NCBI GenBank assembly: GCA_019973955.1
Contig: BMAV01004705.1
Span: forward strand, 117,886-160,828
Origin: Trichonephila inaurata
Lineage: Eukaryota
Direction of reading: 5' to 3'
DNA length: 42,943 nucleotides
Part shown: positions 26,026 to 37,700 of the stretch, one piece after another
Layout of the letters: each line of letters begins with the position of its first letter
How positions within the stretch are numbered: position 1 is the stretch's first letter
Translations under genes and position numbers: made by a program
The notes under the pieces: model-generated
Seen by the model: only the letters and a program-made list of their open reading frames with translations
Databases searched by the model: none
Told to the model about the DNA's origin: nothing

Positions 26026-28450
26026 CTTAAAAAAGAAAAAATACATTATGAATTTTAAACAATAACACTATAAGAAATCTGTATTTTGCTAAAAATGAAG
26101 TTGTTTTTAACCTTTGTACTACTTTACCCAACCAAAAAAGTTATTTTGTCTGTGTGAGTCTATTAAATGGTGTTGGGATCATATTTATTTTAGATCACAA
26201 TAAATTTTATAGCTCTCTACTTTTTCTTCCAAAATTATAGAAATTGGTTATGGAGGGCAGGAAAATGAGATTGTTTTCAACTTTTTTTTTACAATAGCAC
26301 ATTCATCAAAAGTGATAACTTTTTAGCTATTTAGATGGCTAGCAGAAAAATCCCTTAGAGTTAAAACAAGTTATTTGAATGGACTTTGTAACACATAAAA
26401 TGTTTTTCATGTTACAAAGTCTTTTTACTTAGTTTTAGTCTTATTAAAGATTTCTTTGAATATATATATTTCCTAAGTCAATAGATTTGTAAACAAGAGA
26501 AAAAGATACTGTAAAAACACCATTGAGCTATTAATTTAGAATAAACACAATTGCATTTTCCAAATACATAGATGAGTAATTAAAACTAATCAGTAGATCA
26601 CCAAATTAAAAAAATTATTTTTTAAAAAAAGATTTGTGATTTGACTTTGTTACTCTTACAAAATCATTATTTTACTACTCATGAATATAACTATCAATTC
26701 AACTAAATAAATTTCTCTTTTCATAAAAAAAAAAGTAAAAACAAATAATATATTGATACAGGAAAAGAATGGTTCATTGTAACACTTATTAAAAACAAAT
26801 CTGTATATAATAAACTATTACAAAGCTAAATAAGGAAAACTAATAATAGCTTTCAGGAACAACAGAATTGGAGAGGTAAATTTTTAAATTTCTCTCTCCT
26901 CTTTTGTTGGAAGCTCTTTAAATTTTAATATAATCTAGTATAATATAGAAAAGAAAGTTATATCTGGATGACATAAGCATTGGTATTGTTTGCTATTTTG
27001 CAAACTATCTGTACTTGTATTATTTTTCATGCCACTTTTTTCTGGAAAATTAATGGGAAGAGAATTTTCAGTGTAGCTTATATCAAACTACAAGTGTTTC
27101 TGTTTTCTGAAAGTTTTATTAAGAGCATGGCTATCCAACATTTCTTTGTAAATAAGAAACACGTTCAAGGATAAGAGGAAAAAACATCTAGAATTAGAGA
27201 TGACAAAATAAAAAGGCTGTTTGTGGTTGTTGGCCTATGTTTCATGTTCTGGATGAAAAACTTGCCACATGATGATCATATATATTTAAACACCTCAACA
27301 CATGGAAAAATTTTACAAATTTGTTGGAATCTGATTATTATGCCAACTTCAAAAGACTTGTATGACTTTTTGAATAAAAAAGACTGAATTCAAAAACATC
27401 CAAAAAGTTAAGAGATCCAAATCATTTGTGTATGGCTAATGGCAATGTTCTTAAAAAAATTATTTTTTCGAAACTATGTTTTTTTTTTCAGGGTTAGCAG
27501 ACCCATATATAAGCCAGCCGCATACTTTAGTTTTAAAAAAGTTACAAAAATTCTTGAATTATACAAGGAAATATATGGTATAAAAATTAATATTTAGGAG
27601 GAATATATATAAAATTATAAATCAGAAAAATGCATTGAAAACTCAATGTTAAGGACTAATTAAATTTAATGAACTATGGAAAAATATTTAAAAAGTCAAA
27701 AATAAGTTTTTTTAGCTTTGATTACATACCACAGTTCACTATAAATATATCTGCAGATTTCTCTCATTCAATGATTTTTTAAAATTTTATTCTACCATTG
27801 TTGGATACAACACTAAAGCTACTGGTAAGACTTGTAATTCTGAACCATGATGAAAGAATGAAAAGTGAAACCTGTGCTTGGACCCCATTCTTCAAAATTC
27901 CATATTCAACATGACGAATGACTATGAACCCTGACAGACTTAACATGGATCAGCTTTAGTTCTTGGCACATCTTCAATAGAATCAAAGACATGACTCACT
28001 TGAAACAGTTATCGGTTTTGAGTTCTCAAGTATGACTTTCTACACAAAGTGTTTTAATGTAAAGTTCCTCCTTCAAAAAAATTACATAATTATGTTTATT
28101 ATATAATGAACTGGCAATGAAAATGAGGAATTTTGAGAATTGCCTTTAATTAAGTCTCATAATTACAAATATCTTTATTAATATAATACATTATGAAATT
28201 TTGCATATTCAAAATTTTAAAATAGAAAAACTATTAATTTGTAAAGTAGGTTGTGACTCAGTCACACACTAAAAACATAATTTGTCTAATTTTCATTCCA
28301 AATGCATAGGGAGCACGGAATAACAAATAACTTATTATACTTTTTCAACATTTCTTTTTTAAAAAGATTTTGATAATTCATTTTTAATCAGCTATCCACA
28401 TAAAAATATTTAAAAAAGTTGAACTAAATTTAAAAAAAAAAAAAACTTAC

Positions 28451-28677
28451 TTTATCTGTTAATACATAAGCATTAACTACATCAACAATTTCTTCATAAG
28501 CTCCAGGCAAATATGCTCCAGTTTTCTTCACTATCCATTCTTCACCAGTTACTCTTTCTTTTCCATCCCTATCTACAGTTTCAGCAGTAGCTCTTAGTTT
28601 GAGGGCTTGATTAGGATTAATCACAATAGCTGAAATAGTTTCCAATACCTCTACTTCTTTCCGTGGAATAAATGTAC
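28451..28677 (-). CDS. MVP: MVP exon 4 (MVP repeat domain)
   Basis: ORF 28430..28645 plus upstream codons: (G)[75 protein letters not shown] matches human [53 protein letters not shown]. Acceptor ctcag, donor GTAAGT. Confidence 0.88.
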
Positions 28678-30190
28678 CTGAGAAGTAGATAGAAAACTTT
28701 TAACAGATGAGTAATTTACACTGCAAAATGAAAAGCAGTCAATTAAATTACCTACAAAAATTTTAATAAATATTACAGTTTATTAGTTCTGGAATAAGCA
28801 TATTTTTCCTCCTAGTGATTTAAAGCTCAAATTCTTAAAAAAAATTTGTGGCAAATTTTATAAATTTTGTATTAGAAAAAAGAAAAGTAAAAATTCTTCA
28901 CTTAAAACAATTCAACAAACCATAATTGGAAAGTCACTTTAATTAGCATCATGCTCAGTGAAAAAATAAGCTACAAGCAAAATAAAGAATTATGTTTACA
29001 CAACAAGAAACATTTTAGCTATCACTATTAACACTGCATTGAAACAATATCAATTTTCAAGAAAACATATTTTATTAATATGAGTATTCCCATAATTTTT
29101 TTTAAATTTTAGGTTATATACATGTATTACAATTCCATAAACAGTAAAATGTATATCAAACAAAAATTTGTTATAAAATATTGAACACATTTTTATTTGT
29201 TTTTGGCATTATTTTAATGTTTAATTATAATTATTACAACACATATTAATAAAGAAAAATCAAGAACCAATATAAAGCTCACATTATTAAACATGTACAT
29301 ACACAGAAAATTCAACACAACTAAAGAAGTAGCCAGAAAATTATGCCAATTTCATGGTAGGTGAACCTCACTTAGTAAAACAAATTGTGTGAAATGCTTC
29401 AGCACACATTAATGGAAAGAAACAGCAGAATAGGTAATAATTATGTTGTTATTTCTGTTAGGGATTGTCGAAATTTTGTTCTTACCTCAGAGGACACACA
29501 TAATAGCAGAGAACGCCTTGCCACCATGAATAGAGGCAATTCCAGAAGACAAATGATATTGCATGGAGACTGAATTGTGAAGGGCAAGTTGGTCCAGATA
29601 TCAAATTTTTGCTGATGCTCACCTAGATGCATCCACAGCCAATTGGCCGAGACAAAGATGGTTAAAATAAGGAAAAGTGGCCAGAGCAATGTCAGCATGC
29701 AGATATTTACATCCTTATACATCCATTGACAAGTGATGGTGGCCTTGTAAGCCATTTCTGGCACTGTATTTGAAACATGTGATATGTTACCATGTCAATC
29801 AGAATCATTAAACAAATTATGCTTATGTTTGTCTAATGATAGTAGCAATGTAGGAAGGTGGCATAAGTCCAATTTGGCTGTATCTGTGGAACATTTCACC
29901 AAGCAATATTGCTTGTGTGGTTTGGGACACAATTGCCTAAGATAGTAGATCCCCTCTGGTTCATATTCAGAGCATTATGAAGGCTTAGCGATACCTAGAT
30001 GATGTGCTGTAGCTTGTGACATTCCCCTTCCTCAAAAGGGTGCCCAATGCTCATTACCAGCAGGGAAACTCCTGACTGCACACATCAACTGAAATTTTCT
30101 CCCCGGTTATTATTCTCCAAGATTTCTCATGAACCAAACAGATCTGGGATGCAACTGGACACCACTTGCATGCCCTGTAAGGGCTGTATT

Positions 30191-30240
30191 AAAAAAAAAA
30201 AAAGAGAGAGAGAAAGAGTTGACACGAGATAGAGAGCTAT
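30191..30240 (+). repeat. A13 tract followed by (GA)n microsatellite
   Basis: attaaaaaaaaaaaaagagagagagaaagag...gatagagagc. Possibly the poly-A tail of a plus-oriented retroposed fragment occupying about 29400-30203. Confidence 0.6.
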
Positions 30241-30488
30241 TCCTCAGAATGCCATCTGTATTCCCTTCCCTTTTATTCTTTTCTTAGACATGCTGCCTCA
30301 TGTATTGCCTTTGGAGGTCGTCAAACCTAACGAGCTGACTTGTTCTCCCCAAATTATGAGTATTATCGGAAAAATCATTGATTGATCTCTCATTATCAAT
30401 ATCTCTCTCTGCTTGCCAAGTTTTTCTTTACTTTCTGACCATTCCATCTTGGTGTTGTATTTTGTATGATATTGGTCATATATATTGT

Positions 30489-30870
30489 CGACTCAGTGGC
30501 TCAGAGATAGCGTTCCTGCTTCGTGAGCCCAAGGTTGCAGGTTTGATCCCAGCTGGTCAATAGATTTTCTGGATGCAAAAATCGTAGGCACCCATGTCAT
30601 AAGATTATAAGGCATGTAAAAGATCCCTTGAGTATCAGTTTGGCTCTGTTACTCTTGACAAAATTAAAATCACTGCAAACATTCAGCATCCAACAAGAGC
30701 TTGAATTAAAATAAACTTGAGCATCAAAATTCAGTAGCGAGAGGTGCCAAAATGAAATGGCTCTCACATTTGGGGACTTGCCATGTCTGCAAAGGCTTAG
30801 CCGCTAATATGCAGCCCATTAGCATGGAAAAAAATATTGGTCATATACTGTATATGCAAACATACATATA
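30489..30870 (+). mobile_element. tRNA-derived SINE-like element (degenerate tRNA head plus tail) in MVP intron 3
   Basis: GACTCAGTGGCTCAGAGATAGCG...GGTTGCAGGTTTGATCCCAGCTGG carries a Pol III A-box-like TGGCTCAGAG and a B-box-like GGTTTGATCCCAG (cf. GGTTCGANTCC). The stems do not close into a valid cloverleaf, so SINE or tRNA pseudogene rather than a functional tRNA. The 3' boundary is uncertain (an AT/TA-rich microsatellite follows). Confidence 0.5.
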
Positions 30871-31044
30871 TATACCCATACATCTAATGTGTGTTTATAA
30901 ACACATAATACTTTATTATGTTTATTATTATTACTTTATTACTTCAGAAACAACTTATTCGATACTGTAATGAAATATGCAAAGTAATATTTCAATCTTG
31001 CATTAAAAAAGCAATACATCTTTAGTAAAATGTGAATAGCATAC

Positions 31045-31165
31045 CTGGTCCTTCAAACAACCATTCATCACCAGCAATTCTTTTGATAGTATCATCTTCA
31101 AAATCTCGAATTGCCTTGAGTCGCAAGGCAGTATTTGATGGTACAACTGTTAACGGGGTCACTTC
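31045..31165 (-). CDS. MVP: MVP exon 3
   Basis: Reverse-complement translation [40 protein letters not shown](G) matches human [42 protein letters not shown]. Acceptor ttgcag, donor GTATGC, ends phase 1. Confidence 0.85.
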
Positions 31166-32122
31166 CTGCAATGTAAATTTAATTTTTTAACTTAAATTTA
31201 TTTAAGCTGTAACAAAATTTTGTATTCAGGTGTTTAAAAAAATTTAATTTTTAAAATACTATAAAAACTTTATATATTTATTAGTTTAAAAGTTTAACAA
31301 AGTGAAATACATATAATTAAAAACATTTATATATAAATGAAACAATATTTAAAAAAATTGATTTGAGAATATTAATTCTTTCTATGGAAATTAATATTTT
31401 AAATATATAATTGTCGGTTAACAAAAATAAGCATTTCATAGTCTAAGAAAGTTCCGTATAATGCGCACCCCCTTTTTTAAGAGGAAATCTGGAATGCATG
31501 AACATAATGCTCTTATGTTTTAAACTCATTTGTCGAGGTATTATTCAAAGCTTTACAAAAAAATAGCATGCTTGTAGAATTAAAACCCTTTAAGTTCATA
31601 AGAAATGTCATTACTTTTAAATAAACTCTATTTTATCTTTATAGAGGTGTATTTTTTCCCTATATTCATCTTTTTTTTTAAAAAATTTTGAAACTCCCCC
31701 TTTTATACCCAGCGTATAAAGCACACCTGTAAATTTCGATCTTATTTTTTGTGTTAAAAGTTTGCATTTTACACCAGATTTTAGGATTAGTATAACCAGA
31801 CGTATGTCGAAACAAGTTAGCCACAGTAGTACATATATATATAAAAAACAATTTTGCTTTTTGTCATTTTTATTATAAATCTTATTTAAACTTTAAAATA
31901 CTCATTAGGAATCATTTTCAGGAATAAAAAATACCTTGAAATAGAGAATTGAAAACTGCACATAAGCAGAACATGTAAAATTTTTGGACAGAAACATTTA
32001 TTTCTAATTTTAAAAAAAAAAATTAGTATGAACCTACCAAGAATTATTGGATATTAATAGATTTAAAAAAAATAATAACATCCACTTATTTAAATACTTA
32101 AAATTAAGATTAATTTTCATAC

Positions 32123-32318
32123 CACATGAATAACTTCTCCAGGATATAATGGAAAAGGATCCTGTTGCAATCTCACTTCCAAATCAGCATGCTTTAACTT
32201 GATTTGACCAACACTATCATAAACTACAGCACTTTCGGCATTTCGAAGCACAGGATTGCGAATGATGCAATAATGATAAGGAGGAATAATAATCATATCT
32301 TGTGGTCCATGAATAACC
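32123..32318 (-). CDS. MVP: MVP exon 2
   Basis: ORF 32117..32428 contains [65 protein letters not shown] (human: ..[42 protein letters not shown]). Acceptor tttacag, donor GTATGA. High-end boundary +/-2 nt (my reading of the sequence and the ORF-track protein disagree by one base here). Confidence 0.8.
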
Positions 32319-33559
32319 CTGTAAATATATTTATATAAATATAATGCTTCTTTAAAATAAAAAAATAACAATGATATTACTTTTCTGTTAAAGCTATACC
32401 ATGCAATTTTTGTTCTAAATAGGTGCATTTGGCCTAATTTCTCTGAAAACCTTTAACTTGATATTCGATTTTTTCCCCCTTTATTTCTTTAAGCCTGTTT
32501 TCCTTTTTGCTAAATTTATAAAAGGTAAGATTTGAATTTATATTGGTTTTCTTCCTAAACCTTTCTAAAAAAAAAAAAAAAGAGAAAAATACAATAAAAA
32601 CACAGAAGCAAAAACAAAACAAATGCAACAGCCTCTATCAAATTAAATGACTAAACACAATATGCAGACCAATTATAAAAAGTTTTTCACTAGCATTGCA
32701 ATTAGCAAATGGATTATTTAAAATAAGCAAGCAATTATTTAAGAAATGCATTTAATACAGTAAAGAACATTTCTTTGGAATGCAGTGTAATGTTTTAAAT
32801 GATTTTCAATTAAATCAGGTCCAAAATGTGTATGGATAAGCTACACCTCCTTATAATTTATTCCTCTTTTTCTCTTAAACTTATATATAACCAACAATTG
32901 GATATGGTACCCATTATCGAGTTAAATAAAAGAAAATTACAGCTATAAATATTCATATAGGCAACTTGTGAGCTCATATTTTATATAAACTCCAATAATC
33001 AAGAAATATAATGGTTTCATTAACAACAATCTTTTGCATCAAACTATAAAAATTTTTGTTACATGTATGAAATAACAAGGAAAAAAAAAACATTCTCTTC
33101 AATTTCACAATACAATCATACAAAACCTATCATAAGTTAAAAAATATATCCTAAATTATTATTATTTTGCTTTATGAATAAAATACTTTCATCTATTTAA
33201 CTTTTTGTGGTCATCAATTATGATTATAAATACACAGTAGTTAAAATTGACATTTCATAAATTGCACATAAAAATTATACCCTAAAATATTTTCATTTAA
33301 AATCTTTTTCAGAAGACTTAATTAAATTTCCTAAACAAGAAAATTTTCTTTTAATTGATAAAAGATGAACAATCTTTTGCCATAATATGAAAAAGCATAA
33401 TGCAATTAAAGGAGAAAAAGTACCTTCTTTTATATTTGCTTTAGATTACCTAAAGGTTTAATATGATAGAAAGCAAGTAAATACTAAGTCACTGTTGATG
33501 TACAACTACAAGGGTCAACTAAGAAATAAAGATCATTTAATTATATGAAATAAAAAACA

Positions 33560-34395
33560 CAATATTCATTGGGGGGAAAAAATTCGGTCGCAAACCAGAA
33601 GCTTCCTTCACTGTACTATATAATCATTACCTTCATTTAAACATTTGTTGTATCTGTTAATGAGCTTCAGAATTTACATGTTATACTCTTCTGCTGCATT
33701 TATTAAGTCATGTGTTCACTACGTCCAGACAAAAGATTGCTCCCACATTTTAGCCATGTACGTCACTCCTCTTACTCTTTTCAGGATCAACTAGCTTTCA
33801 TAATGTGTTTCCACTGTGAGAGCAGGTTGGAAGAAGTCCCCCTTGTACAATTGGAGTGGTCAAAATGAAATCAGACCTTGCAAGACATGCATGCAACTTT
33901 TGACAAATTGCACATTTTGTTTCCAGACATTTCTCATTTTTTGTTTAGTGAAGAAGTGTCACAACATTTCAGTTACAACAAAATTTGTGCATGACGGTTT
34001 CTGTAACAACTCTGAAAGACCAAATCAAAACTAAGAGAATGGACTCAGCATTAACACTCTTGGCATATCACACAGACTTTCAAAGGAACACTTTCTTGAT
34101 CAGACTGTGACTGGTGATAAGACCTTGGTGTCTTGAATCACCCCAAAAAGCAAGCATCATTCATTTGAGTGGCATCATCCCTCATCAGCCACAAAAACAG
34201 AAAATTCAGACTCTCTCAAAATGAAAGATCTTGGCAACTATCTTTTGGGATAAAAAAAAAAGTGTTCCTTTAGAGGATTTCATGCCAAAAGACACTTCAA
34301 TCAAAGCAAACTGTTTTGTGAAACTCAAGGAAATTACAGCAAGCCATCCAAAACAGGAGGTGAGGTCATTCACATGAGGTATTTAAAAAAAATTA
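33560..34395 (+). mobile_element. Second mariner-like transposase fragment (3'-truncated, degenerate) in MVP intron 1
   Basis: Plus-strand translation ..KKCHNISVTTKFVHDGFCNNSERPNQN...FLDQTVTGDKTLVS*ITPKSKHHSFEWHHPSSATKTENSDSLKMKDLGNYLLG.KKSVPLEDFMPKDTSIKANCFVKLKEI. This follows the mariner pattern FLDRIVTGDE.W..YD.E.K.QS.EW....P..KK.....GKV...VFWD..G. Stops are present and the DD..D region is absent. Boundaries are approximate. Confidence 0.55.
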
Positions 34396-35880
34396 ATCAA
34401 AGAGTAAAACATACTTGTAACATTCTTTAGTGATCAGTTTCTCTTTATGAAACATGCTTACAAAAATAAGTTACAAAAATTGAATCAGAACACTAAATAC
34501 AATTATGATTTTTTGCTACTTGGAAATAAATTTCAAGTTGATTATTTTTTTAACCTAAATAAAATGTTAGAAATTCAAAGATTATTCAAGCATATTATGA
34601 TGTACAGTTGTAAAATCAGGGTCATTTGTTATAACAGGGTTCCAAACAAAATACAAATTTTTTGCACTTACATTATGGAAATTCTATAAGCAAATATGCA
34701 AAAAATATCCATAGTTAGAAATTGCATACTTTTTATTCATCAGCTAAAAATATTATTAGTGAATTATTATGTGCTGGTGAATTGGAAATTTTAATATACT
34801 GACTAAAGATGTGCTTGAAAGTCTTCTTGATTCCTGACTCACAAAAGTTCTTCTTTTGACTTCATGCAGAGAAGAAAATACTGTATGATTTACATCCTGC
34901 AGCATAAGAGAGGGGTATGTTTTCACAGTTTCCAAACAATAAAAAACATCAGAAAATGTAAGAGTTTTGATATTAATTTCATTATCAATTTCAGCATTGG
35001 AATTGCTACTTATTGGCTCCAATAAATAACGATTCCTTCAACATCAGTTGTACAGATAGGCAGTTTGTCATCAAATGTATCATTATCATTAAAATCTTAA
35101 AATATCAACCGCATTGCAGATTGGAATGATGGGTTAATGAGCTTACTGTTACCTATCCTGCTCATGATGGGTTACACTCATGACTCATCTACACCTGTAA
35201 AGTATAATAATGGTCTTCACCATTGCCTGTACAAATTTGCTGCTTACAAGAAGTCTTATTCTGTTCTTGCCAAAAAGGATGTCGTTTGAAAAAAAAAATT
35301 TTTTTTCCCAATACAATCTTATAAAAAAAATTACAGCTGCCAAAATAATTCACTAATTCGGGGTTTATTATTCCTTAAATAAGATTTTTTTATCTTCCTT
35401 TTAATTGGGGAAAGAGAAAGATTCATTAAATCATGAAATTTGTTAAATAGGAGTCCGAACGTATATGCATTACAATTGTCTTGTTAAAAGAAGTGACTGT
35501 GCGGTTTGGTGACTTTGCATAATACACAATTGCCATTGGTTGCTACTAATAATATCTGAGCACATACACACACAAAATTTAACATTTCATTAAATTGAAA
35601 TTTTCTGATTATCTCATACATTATAGTAGTATCAATTTCTTTTACATACTTTTCATTTTTCAGCCTTTTTTATTAAATTCATTTTCTGTTTGTTTTAAAA
35701 AAATTTCCTAGGCTAAACATTAAACCTTTTATTTAACTAAAAAAATACACCCATTTTTTTACTCTTTAAATTTTTTTATGCTTGCATCAATGAAAATAAT
35801 TCCTTTTAAATGTACAACAGGAGAAATTTCATAAAATGTAACAAAAAAGAAAACATTTAAAAGATTGAATACTCTAGACC

Positions 35881-36625
35881 ATCAGTTCTTAAACTGTGGT
35901 ACGTGAACCCCTGGGGGTCCCCAGCACCTTTCTAGGGGATCTGCAAAGGTCTCTCTCATTTAATATTCTTACTTTAACAGACTCTGAAAAGCCTCGCGGT
36001 ATAATGAAAAGATGTGCCAACCAAGTCTAGATCACTGAATTACCTACAATGAAAAACCTCTACATGCATTCTGATCAAGAATATTAACTTAGTTTTTTAT
36101 TGCTTAGCCATAATTATAATTTCATTTCAAACTTTAGGGTACACTTGCAGGAAAATGTTTCCAAGTTATCCATGAAAGCTCTGATGCCTTTCCAAACTAC
36201 TGATTTATGTGAAAGAACATTTTCAGCTCTATTTTATCTTAAAAATAAGTGCAGAAACCATAGAACTGGAATTGCAACTGCGAATTACAAATATTGCACC
36301 TGCTATAACAATATTTGTAAAATAAATGCAGCCCATTCCTTCTCATTAAAAATTTTAATTAATACAGTTAAATATGTTACTTGGAATGAGTATTTGGAAA
36401 TATTTTGATATGATTAGATGTTAACAGTTTTCTTAAAAAGAAAAAAAAAAAGAAATGTTAAAAAGTCTATAAGTAGCAGAGGCAGTTTTAGGATTATTGA
36501 GGAACCTTTAAATCACTCATTCATGTGTTGGGAGTCAAGGAGGGGTATTCAAAATCTTGGGGGTCCATGATGTCAGGCTGATAGATAAAGGGGAGCCGTA
36601 GCAGTCGTACATTTAAGAACTGCTG
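35881..36625 (+). mobile_element. Non-autonomous hAT-like element retaining a fragment of the hAT C-terminal dimerisation domain
   Basis: Terminal inverted repeats CATCAGTTCTTAAACTGTGGTACG (35881-) and CGTACATTTAAGAACTGCTG (-36625). Flanking 8-mers CTCTAGAC and CTCAACAC (6/8 identical) are consistent with an 8-bp hAT target-site duplication. Internal ORF 36100..36408 (..MPFQTTDLCERTFSALFYLKNKCRNHRTGIATANYKYCTC..) resembles the hATC motif (..P.TYLCE.AFS.L..IK.K.RNRL..). Confidence 0.5.
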
Positions 36626-37391
36626 CTCAACACTCCTACTCACTTCAATCTTTGAAACTGAATTTTAACTACTGACTTATACTTTTTCTCTACATAAAAA
36701 ATACAATTTCTATTTTTTTTAAATAAATATTTTAATTAATTTATCCCTCTTATTTCTAGCATGTATATTATATAGATAGATAGATGAAATGTACACAATT
36801 AGTAATTTTTTATCAAAAAATATTATTTAATGCAGTTTTATTCATTACACATTAAATTTTACAGCAATAAAATAAAATGCACTAAATATTCAAACATGAT
36901 TAAAAACTACATTAAACATCACATAATCCATGAAGATAAAAATACAAATTATATTTTGAATGGATTGCATTTCTCTAAAAGATGAATGTGCAATAAAATA
37001 TTTCAGAATATGATAATTGTCATATGCAAAATAAAATTGTTTTTAAAAATTTTTTCTTGAAAAAAAGTTTATACCTATAATTTTACAAATGCTCAAACAT
37101 TAAATAAAATTTTGATGACTTATTTTTTCCAGTACAAAATGCTTTACTCTTTCTTTCATAACTATTATTTCAATTTCCCTTTTATAAAAATATCAAACAA
37201 AAAGAATAATATAATTTGTATGAATAAAATGTATTAAAACGCATTAAGCTTTGGAACAAGGCTTTTCAAAATATACAGTGTGAAATTATTCAATGTACAA
37301 AGATATAAATTTTTAAAGCCTCAAAGCCTTTTAAAGCCATTTTTAATTCCTCAAGCATAAATGTTCTTAATTTTTAAGTGAAAAACCATAC

Positions 37392-37552
37392 CGTTCATTT
37401 TCTTGACGAATATAGGTCTTTGGTCCAATTTCAACTCTAGTTATATTAGTTGTTTGATCCAGAACATGCATATATTTATAGGGTGGTATTCGAAAGATGC
37501 TTTCCTCAGAGTGCCCTTTGAAAGATGCATTTGAATCCTTTGGAGGTGCCAT
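37392..37552 (-). CDS. MVP: MVP exon 1 (start codon 37550-37552; ends phase 2 within Arg codon)
   Basis: ORF 37367..37552: [54 protein letters not shown] matches the MVP N-terminus ([33 protein letters not shown]). Donor GTATGG follows aac-g. Confidence 0.85.
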
Positions 37553-37700
37553 GCCTAATAAAGAATTCTAGATCAATAAAAAACATACTTTATAAAAATA
37601 AAAGATTATACTACAAAATTCAAACCTTGTATACACGCTTTATTTAAAAATAGCCAATGTAATAGCAATAAATGAGTATGATTAACTTTTGAAGTAGAGC
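37553..37700 (-). promoter_or_regulatory. Candidate MVP proximal promoter/5' flank, or an intron acceptor 2 nt upstream of the ATG
   Basis: Minus-sense sequence upstream of the ATG: ..acattggctat.. (inverted CCAAT), tagtataatcttttatttttataaag (TATA-like), then ttctttattag|gcATG. The last motif is equally a good 3' splice acceptor, so an upstream non-coding exon is possible. Confidence 0.3.

Larger units (their letters stand above)
6439..37552 (-). other. MVP: Major vault protein gene locus (coding span, 14 exons)
   Basis: Minus-strand exons translate to a contiguous ~874-aa protein collinear with MVP from N-terminus ([40 protein letters not shown]) to C-terminus ([33 protein letters not shown]). 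All junctions have GT..AG introns with matching phases. Confidence 0.9.

Noticed and set aside
29385-30232. Several 60-107-aa ORFs on both strands in a GC-richer patch of intron 3
   Set aside because: No recognisable protein motifs. The region ends in A13(GA)n and abuts a SINE. Interpreted as a retroposon or TE fragment rather than a nested gene.
30489-30566. Functional tRNA gene
   Set aside because: D-arm and anticodon stems do not base-pair into a cloverleaf. Only the A- and B-box-like motifs are retained, so it is called a SINE or tRNA pseudogene.
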